Source of the DNA: Candidatus Nomurabacteria bacterium
Lineage (GTDB): Bacteria; Patescibacteriota; Minisyncoccia; Phycocordibacterales; UBA918
Length of the DNA: 64,000 bases
NCBI GenBank assembly: GCA_023898585.1
Contig: CP060229.1
Location: 726,587-790,586, forward strand
Direction of reading: 5' to 3'
Shown here: one piece after another, positions 57,759 through 64,000 of the stretch
Numbering within the stretch: position 1 is the stretch's first letter
Layout: every line of letters starts with the position of its first letter
Made by a program: the position numbers and the translations under genes
The notes under the pieces: generated by a model
What the model was told of the DNA's origin: nothing
Database searches by the model: none
What the model saw: the letters and a program-made list of their open reading frames with translations, nothing else

Positions 57759-57918
57759 CTTGTTTAATCATTAAAAACCTCCACAGTGTCATCTGCTTCT
57801 ACGGCTTTTATAGATTATAACGCAAGTTTTGTTTAGAGCACGTCCAAAAACCCTGTACAACCAAGCGGTATGATTGTGTAACGTTGCAACAGAGCAAGAC
57901 CCATATTAACCCCAATAT

Positions 57919-58963
57919 CCGAACACTTATTCTGCTAACTCGTCAGTCCCACTGGAGTGGTTTTTTTGATTCTAGCACACGTATGTTTTTTGAGTTCCCT
58001 AACCCATGTCTCTTTTGGTGTACGAAATCCAAGACACTTCATAAAGCGGGTACGCAGGTGCTGTTCTGCTTGCAAAATAACCTCTGGCGGTATCTGTGAA
58101 ATATCACACCCTTTTGGTACAAACTCACGTATACGGCCATTTCGGTTCTCGACCGTACCTTTCTCGGCTGAGTTGTACGGGTGTGTGAGGTACACCACCG
58201 CTTCAACCAGAGCTGATAGTTCCTCGTGCTTCTGAAAGGACAGGTCGTTATCGAGAGTAATGCTTCTGACCGGTATACCACCAAGACATCCGGCAATGAG
58301 GTCATTTACGGTGAGTGTCGTCCTGTTTTTAGTATAAATGATAAAGGGATATCGCGTCTTGCGCTCTACGAGTACCAGGAGTGATCCGTATCCAGCTTTG
58401 CCACTCTCAATGAAATCACCTTCAAAATGACCGAATTCTAGTCGTTCATTGGCTTTTCTTGATCGCTTTTCAATACTAACCTTGGTGGTGTCACCAGCTG
58501 CTTTTGTTCCTCTCTTTGGTCCGCCTTTGCGCTTTACCCGTTTGCGATACAGATGGTGTTCAAGTGGGCCGCCATGACTAGAGCCTATGAAGTGGTAGAT
58601 CGCCTTGGTACTTGCGTATTGTATGTGGGTATCTATTTCCCGCATCCTGCCTGATATACCTTCAGGTGACTGATCGTCTTCCAGTGCTTTAGTGACATAC
58701 TCTTTCAATATTGGATTCATTGCCACTTTAAGACACTTTTGTTTCGCTTGTTTCCTGCGTCGGTCTGCTTTTTTCTGTGCCCTGTCCGCCCGGTAGATTC
58801 CTCTCACACTACCGAGTCTGATCTCTTCACTTATCGTGCTTGGACTGCGATCTAATGCTCGTGCTATCCACCGCACGCCTTGTTTCTTTTTGAGATAGCG
58901 CGCAATACTTCTTCGCTCACAATACTCTAAATGATTCATCATTGTTCATCTTAGAGTGTTCGG
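57919..58963 (-). mobile_element. IS30-family insertion sequence (boundaries tentative)
   Basis: Contains an IS30-type transposase. Only a 9-bp inverted match (ccgaacact at 57919-57927, agtgttcgg at 58955-58963) lies at the expected ~1.05-kb spacing. Confidence 0.35.
57935..58942 (-). CDS. IS30-family DDE transposase
   Basis: N-terminal HTH (RRSIARYLKKKQGVRWIARALDRSPSTISEEI). DDE triad contexts GHFEGD, LDND, and YNSAEKGTVENRNGRIR. Confidence 0.85.
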   Translation of the reverse strand: MMNHLEYCERRSIARYLKKKQGVRWIARALDRSPSTISEEIRLGSVRGIYRADRAQKKADRRRKQAKQKCLKVAMNPILKEYVTKALEDDQSPEGISGRMREIDTHIQYASTKAIYHFIGSSHGGPLEHHLYRKRVKRKGGPKRGTKAAGDTTKVSIEKRSRKANERLEFGHFEGDFIESGKAGYGSLLVLVERKTRYPFIIYTKNRTTLTVNDLIAGCLGGIPVRSITLDNDLSFQKHEELSALVEAVVYLTHPYNSAEKGTVENRNGRIREFVPKGCDISQIPPEVILQAEQHLRTRFMKCLGFRTPKETWVRELKKHTCARIKKTTPVGLTS

Positions 58964-59104
58964 TTTCAAAGGTAAATTGGCAAGAGCATGTCTTCGAACT
59001 CACAATTTCAAGACGTCAAATCGAGGTATGTGAGACGTATATGGACATACGGTGAGCATACCGAGATGCAGACAACGCAGAAATTGGGGGTTTTGGAACA
59101 TGCT

Positions 59105-60049
59105 CTAGTCAATTCCGATAGCTTTCCTTACTGTAGCAAGTGTCTTTGAAGATACCGATTTAGCTTTTTCAGCCCCGCTTTTGAGCACTTCTTTTACATC
59201 TTCATCGGTGATTAATGAGCGCTTTTCCCGTAATGGCGAGATAAATTTTTCAATATCGGCAATGAGTAGCTTTTTTGAATCTCCGTATCGGCCTCTATTT
59301 TCATCATAAATCGATTCAAGTTCCTTCTCTTGTCTAAAAAGTTTGTGAATAGCGTAGACATTTTCCGGCCTTTCTCCCTGCGAGTCGGTCACTATACTCA
59401 TTACGGCTTTTTCAATCTCACTTGTAGTGCCGAAAAGTGGAATAGTGTTTTTGTAGCTCTTGCTCATTTTTTCCCCATCTGTCCCGGGAATAATCCCGAC
59501 GCTTTTGAGAATCATTTCTTGTGGAGCTTTCAAAGTCTCACCAAATGTCCGGTTAAATTTTCCCACCGCTTCTCTCGTGTATTCTATGTGTTGGCGCTGA
59601 TCTTCACCAACTGGGACGAGGTCGGTGTTGTACAAAACAATATCGGACGCCTGCAACATGGGGTATGTAAACAGTCCCACGTTTGGTTCCAATTCTTTAG
59701 CCAGTTTGTCTTTGTACGAATGAGCTTGCTGAAGAAACGGAACAGTCACCATACAGTTTAAAATCCACGCCAGTTCCATGTGGTCTTGATTGTCTGACTG
59801 ACGGAAAATCACGACTTTATCAGGATCAAGTCCAACTGCCAAGTAATCCCGCACTATATTTAGTGTATTTCTTCTGAGTGACTCGGGGTCTCGAAGGCTC
59901 GTCAAAGCATGGTAATCGGCCACCATAAGATAACTCTCATAATTTTCGTAGATATCTAAAAAAGGTTTTAGAGCACCAAAATAATTACCAATATGTAAAT
60001 TTCCTGATGGTTGCAAGCCTGTGAGCAGACGTTTTATTTCTGTAGACAT
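59105..60049 (-). CDS. trpS: tryptophan--tRNA ligase
   Basis: TGLQPSGNLHIGNYFGA (HIGH-type) and KMSKS. Confidence 0.9.
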   Translation of the reverse strand: MSTEIKRLLTGLQPSGNLHIGNYFGALKPFLDIYENYESYLMVADYHALTSLRDPESLRRNTLNIVRDYLAVGLDPDKVVIFRQSDNQDHMELAWILNCMVTVPFLQQAHSYKDKLAKELEPNVGLFTYPMLQASDIVLYNTDLVPVGEDQRQHIEYTREAVGKFNRTFGETLKAPQEMILKSVGIIPGTDGEKMSKSYKNTIPLFGTTSEIEKAVMSIVTDSQGERPENVYAIHKLFRQEKELESIYDENRGRYGDSKKLLIADIEKFISPLREKRSLITDEDVKEVLKSGAEKAKSVSSKTLATVRKAIGID

Positions 60050-60089
60050 AGAGCAATACTACCAGAAAAAATTCGAAGGACAATTTGAC

Positions 60090-61616
60090 TTAAAGAGCTA
60101 GTGGTAGTTCTAGTGTAAATACCGAACCTTTGTTTTTTCCTTCGGAACTGGCAGTTATTTTTCCACCCATCGCTTCGGCCATTTTTAAAGCTACATACAA
60201 GCCGAGTCCCGTACCATTTACATTGACCGAATTGGCGTTTTCGGCTCTCTCGAATTTTTGGAAGATTGTCGCTTGGTCGGTTTTGCTTATTCCTATGCCG
60301 GTGTCAATTATATCGACGTAAATACGCTTTCTTTTAATATCGTCCCTAACCAAAACCTTAATCGTTCCTTTTTCTGTGTACTTGATGGAATTGTTTATCA
60401 AGTTTTGAATAATCTGAATAGTTTTACCAAGATCGGCGTTAACCACACCGCGACTGTTTAATTCAGTTCTGAAGATCAGTGCCAGACCATTTTTAACAGC
60501 GTCAGAACGTAAATCATCACATACATCCTCGGTCTTATCAGCAAGATTAAAATCAGTCAGATTGTATTTCATATTGCCTGATTCAATTCTAGAAACATTC
60601 AAATAATCTTCTATCGCAATAGCCATTAATTTTGATGACTCTTCAATCCTTTCAATCGGTTGTCGTGCTTTCGCGGAAATCTTTCCGTAACTACCTTCAA
60701 GCATCAAAGAAGCATAACCACGGATCGCTGTTAAAGGACTACGCAGTTGATGGGAAGCGATGGACACAAACTCTGATTTTTGTTTATCGAGTGCTTGTAG
60801 TCGCAAGTTGGCTTTTTCTAGTTTTTCTGCCGATTCTTCTATGGATTTGGAATACGTTCTCGATGTGTACGCTATAGCGAAGGTCAGTAGAGCGATTACG
60901 GCGACCAGGAATAAAATAAAGACGATAAAAGGTCTGAGCGTTTGAGTAGTTATTGTAAAAAAATCATCAGCCTTAATGTCCGTAGCTAAAATAGCAACCA
61001 CGTTTCTCTCGTCATCGTATATGGGAGCATAACCGGTAAGGACCGTTCCGTATTCATCGGTGTACAACTCCACGCTTGTTAATGGTCCAAAATATGCATT
61101 AAAAGCTTCCGGTATGTCAACCGCTTCAGGGTATGGTTGACCCGGCCATTGTAGTTTGTCTGGCCCTTCGGGTTCAATTATTCCGTCTCTGTTAACATCC
61201 ACAAGCCAAGTCCCCTCTTCTCCCGAATTAGCGTAGGGATTTATTGAGTCGGCGTCCGCGACAAACTCCATTTGTGTAGCGTCATTTTCCGTTTTACGGA
61301 AGATATACATGAAGACAACGTCATCATTGTCGTACTTTGCTCTGTTTAGGGTATTTACAACGCGAGCCCAGGCGGGATTTCTCCAGTCTCCCTCGACTCT
61401 GAGTTGGTCTAAGTCAGAGGCGGAAATACTGCTGGCCGCGGTGATAGAAATAGTCAACAATCTCTGTCTCAAGTTCTCCGTCAGTAGATCTACTGTCTGG
61501 TTGTATAGAATTCTAGAAGACAAGACGATGATTATTAGCGTAGCTACAAACACGAACATCCCAAACCACACCGGCCGTGTCGCTTGAGAAGCAAAAAAAC
61601 TTTTTTTAATGTTCAT
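60090..61616 (-). CDS. sensor histidine kinase with periplasmic sensor domain
   Basis: Two TM helices flanking a ~180-aa extracytoplasmic domain. H-box SHQLRSPLTAIRGYASLM, N-box, G-box GTGLGLYVA. Confidence 0.85.
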   Translation of the reverse strand: MNIKKSFFASQATRPVWFGMFVFVATLIIIVLSSRILYNQTVDLLTENLRQRLLTISITAASSISASDLDQLRVEGDWRNPAWARVVNTLNRAKYDNDDVVFMYIFRKTENDATQMEFVADADSINPYANSGEEGTWLVDVNRDGIIEPEGPDKLQWPGQPYPEAVDIPEAFNAYFGPLTSVELYTDEYGTVLTGYAPIYDDERNVVAILATDIKADDFFTITTQTLRPFIVFILFLVAVIALLTFAIAYTSRTYSKSIEESAEKLEKANLRLQALDKQKSEFVSIASHQLRSPLTAIRGYASLMLEGSYGKISAKARQPIERIEESSKLMAIAIEDYLNVSRIESGNMKYNLTDFNLADKTEDVCDDLRSDAVKNGLALIFRTELNSRGVVNADLGKTIQIIQNLINNSIKYTEKGTIKVLVRDDIKRKRIYVDIIDTGIGISKTDQATIFQKFERAENANSVNVNGTGLGLYVALKMAEAMGGKITASSEGKNKGSVFTLELPLAL

Positions 61617-61644
61617 TTTCTATAACATTCTACAACACATTACC

Positions 61645-63456
61645 TCATACATCGATTAACTTGTCCACGTGTCCTACTTCCACCTCCCACAAGAAAGGAA
61701 TCAGTCTCGGTCCTCTGTCTTTGTTGAAAAGTAGCTTGTACAACGTCTTAAAGAAAACAAATTGATAAACCAAGTTTTCTTTTTTGGTGGAATTATCTTT
61801 TTTGGGTATTGCGTACACACTGTTTTTAAAATCCTCGTATTTAAATGTCTCTCTCTTTATAATCAACTCCTTCAGTTCCATTACTTGCTTGATTTCGCTC
61901 GGTGATAGATCGGTAATTGCTTCAATATTCGGCGAGTGTAACAGGGTGTGTACTTTTTCTTGATCGATTTTGATAAACTTCCGATCAGCGTTTATCTTAT
62001 CGGTTTCTATAAAAAAATGTCTCCCTGTTTCGCGCCTATTGTTATCTTCTTCGCAAGATCGACAAATATTTTGTAGCTTTAAGATTTTCTCTACGTTTTT
62101 AGGAATAATTTTGGTTAATTTTTTTCTGTTCGAAATATGTTTTGCCAGAGTACCGTTTTTTTGCTTCTTGAGGATTAGGTGTTCGTAAATATCTCTTTGC
62201 GGTAATGTGGGCTTAGCTATGATTTTGCCGTTGATGCTTAGATTTGAAGCACCGATTCCATTGCCTCCGTACTGCTTTGTTCCTCTTTCCACACCTGGTT
62301 CGTGCAGATGTTTATTGTGTAGAAATGTTTCGTCCGTATGAAGAACTACATCATCAATTTTTTTATTTATTAGCCCTTTCACATACTCGCTTTCACCGTA
62401 TAGTGTTATGTACATGGCGTGGTCTTGGTATTCTTTTGTCTCAAAGTAACTAGCTAGATTCTCGTCCTTTTCGTATTTTTGTATAAATAGTATGGGAGCG
62501 AACATTTCTTCATAATTTCCTCCTCGTGAAAGTGGTTTCTGTATTACAGTTGGTTCGACCACAGAACTGTAGGTTCTTATCACCCCGGGAGTATCTTTAT
62601 GAAGGTAGTCTCTGTTTTTTACAAAAACAGATTGAACTCGGGGTAGGTCATCAGGATTGCTTATAGGACCGACTCTACAAGATTTATAGTCAAAATTTCC
62701 GGCATTAACTAACTTTAGTTTGTCTGTAAGTTTGTGCACAAAGTCCTCAAATATGTTTTCGTGCACCAATATCGAATTTGGTGCAGCACAGTCTTGTCCT
62801 TGATTATATAAGGTGAGAGTTAAGGTTGCGTCGACTGCTTTTGCAAGGTTCGTAGCATCAGCGACTATTATTGGGTTGTGTCCTGCTCCGTTGGTTATGA
62901 AAAGCGTTCTTTTGTCAAAAACCAATCTCAATTGCTCGGCGTGTTTGGGAGTTCCGGTAAAAATAACCGCTTCTGTGAGCGGAAGGGTTTCTCCGGTCGC
63001 TGGGTTTGATAACAAAACTGACCTTTCTTTGAGAAACTCCAGCCGGCCTTTCTCGGAAGCGTTGATGTTGGGGAATGTATTGGTAATGTCCAAGATCTTG
63101 AAAACTTTTGGCAGTAGATTTTTCGTACTCTCTGGTATTCTGAAGTGGACCGCACTCGACATAAGGGAAGGAATTATGACAAAACACGTAAAGGAATAGA
63201 GTGGCTGATTACGAGGTAGAAAAACCGTTATTTCGCCCACCCTGTAATCAAAATACTCTCTGTTTTCATGAAGGTTCTCAAGTAGATCCAGAGTTCTCCC
63301 GATTTCGTCATCGACCACTTCGAAACTTTCGTATTGAATCAGGACGTCTTTCAGTTTGTCCAGATTTAATCTGATTTTGTTTGCAAGCTCCTTAGCTGTT
63401 ACATCAATTTCGTTGAATTGTATAGGTGAATACGCACTTTTCTTCATATTTAACAT
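61645..63456 (-). CDS. ALDH-superfamily protein (catalytic Cys retained, general-base Glu absent) fused to an uncharacterised ~170-aa C-terminal domain
   Basis: FLPRNQPLYSF...IIPSLMSSAVHFRIPESTK (corresponds to PWNFP...KPSE), FTGTPKHA, ITNGAGHNPIIVADATN (versus ELGGKSP...DDAD), NQGQDCAAPNSILV (catalytic Cys). The C-terminal part has CRSC and HTLLHSP with no family match. Confidence 0.55.
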   Translation of the reverse strand: MLNMKKSAYSPIQFNEIDVTAKELANKIRLNLDKLKDVLIQYESFEVVDDEIGRTLDLLENLHENREYFDYRVGEITVFLPRNQPLYSFTCFVIIPSLMSSAVHFRIPESTKNLLPKVFKILDITNTFPNINASEKGRLEFLKERSVLLSNPATGETLPLTEAVIFTGTPKHAEQLRLVFDKRTLFITNGAGHNPIIVADATNLAKAVDATLTLTLYNQGQDCAAPNSILVHENIFEDFVHKLTDKLKLVNAGNFDYKSCRVGPISNPDDLPRVQSVFVKNRDYLHKDTPGVIRTYSSVVEPTVIQKPLSRGGNYEEMFAPILFIQKYEKDENLASYFETKEYQDHAMYITLYGESEYVKGLINKKIDDVVLHTDETFLHNKHLHEPGVERGTKQYGGNGIGASNLSINGKIIAKPTLPQRDIYEHLILKKQKNGTLAKHISNRKKLTKIIPKNVEKILKLQNICRSCEEDNNRRETGRHFFIETDKINADRKFIKIDQEKVHTLLHSPNIEAITDLSPSEIKQVMELKELIIKRETFKYEDFKNSVYAIPKKDNSTKKENLVYQFVFFKTLYKLLFNKDRGPRLIPFLWEVEVGHVDKLIDV

Positions 63457-63524
63457 GTATATTCGCTCTCAATCAGCTTTTTTAATTAATAAAAAATATT
63501 TGTTTACACAAAATTATTGTACGA

Positions 63525-63561
63525 ATTAGCCCTTAAATTTTATATAAATTTAAGAGCTAAT
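63525..63561. promoter_or_regulatory. 16-bp imperfect palindrome centred on TATATA
   Basis: attagcccttaaattt-tatata-aatttaagagctaat. Located 70-105 bp upstream of the ALDH-fusion/HK operon start and ~100 bp downstream of the preceding - strand gene. Confidence 0.4.
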
Positions 63562-63658
63562 TTATGTGACTGATTAATAATGTAACAAGGTGTGTATCAC
63601 AGGTCGCGATAGGTTATGATTGTACCACGAAAGATTTAATTGCACCTGAACATCATAT

Positions 63659-64000
63659 CTAAACCACGTACAGGATGACTAATGGCACCAATAGCCACCA
63701 GAAAAAATAAACTTCAGGGCCGAAAAGTAATTGCAGGGGTGTGCCCGGAGTAAGAAATTCAGAAACCGGCAAAACATGAAAACTGTAAATCATGACTATG
63801 ATGGTTGCCCCGGTTGCTAGTAGTATTTTTTTACCCATGCTCTCGAAACGGTTTTCTCTGAATTCGCTTGGCATAATGCGATAAAAGAGCATGGTAGTAA
63901 GAAATGTTATGAAACAGAAGAATACTAATTTAGCTCCAGCTATAGATTGTTCAGTTTCAAGACCACCAAACAACTTGTCGTAGCCTGGGAACTCTATCGA
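63659..64000 (-). CDS. polytopic membrane protein, C-terminal part (gene continues beyond window end)
   Basis: The reading frame is open to position 64000 (…SIEFPGYDKLFGGLETEQ…). The track's start at 63973 is a TTG. Three TM helices. Confidence 0.4.
   Translation of the reverse strand, partial: SIEFPGYDKLFGGLETEQSIAGAKLVFFCFITFLTTMLFYRIMPSEFRENRFESMGKKILLATGATIIVMIYSFHVLPVSEFLTPGTPLQLLFGPEVYFFWWLLVPLVILYVV

Noticed and set aside
57905-58975. Well-defined IS30 terminal inverted repeats
   Set aside because: Only a 9-bp perfect inverted match (ccgaacact/agtgttcgg) flanks the transposase. Flanking bases do not extend the match, so IS boundaries remain tentative.
1-64000. CRISPR array or other tandem repeat arrays
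   Set aside because: No regularly spaced direct repeats seen in any intergenic region. The largest gaps (24.4-24.8, 45.1-45.6, 57.6-57.9 kb) contain inverted repeats or short phased motifs, not repeat-spacer arrays.

Overview
This 64-kb window is a compact bacterial chromosome segment that is mostly housekeeping, with several accessory islets. The housekeeping content has three parts. The first is a split cell-division and cell-wall (dcw) gene set: mraZ-rsmH-ftsL-ftsI-murF on the + strand at 24.8-29.5 kb, and dacA-like-mraY-ftsW-murG on the - strand at 48.4-52.7 kb. The second is translation and chromosome-maintenance genes: infB-rbfA, gltX, aspS, trpS, a tRNA-Ala(UGC), scpAB, pepA, pyk, murI and a cysteine desulfurase. 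The third is a 12-kb co-directional block on the - strand running from scpA to the M23 peptidase. Many genes overlap by 1-11 bp. A very short IF-2, an AspRS with bacterial-type motifs but no GAD insertion, and numerous small membrane-anchored hypothetical proteins are compatible with a reduced-genome lineage such as Patescibacteria/CPR. That is inference only. Five accessory features stand out. One is a three-gene module at 3.8-7.4 kb: a DUF1704/QEGLA (MATCAP-like HExxH) protein, a 7TM protein, and a RimK-like ATP-grasp ligase with a C-terminal retropepsin-like DTG domain. Another is a cell-surface locus at 33-41 kb next to tRNA-Ala, containing BNR and GH proteins, a PEP-CTERM-tagged secreted protein, an XRE regulator and a ~1150-aa parallel beta-helix protein with a C-terminal peptidoglycan-binding domain. 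A third is an IS30-family transposase at 57.9-58.9 kb. A fourth is a predicted operon of an unusual ALDH-superfamily fusion protein with an orphan sensor histidine kinase at 60.1-63.5 kb. The fifth is two atypically long non-coding gaps, 45.1-45.6 kb and 57.6-57.9 kb, with strong inverted-repeat structure. No CRISPR array and no rRNA were seen.
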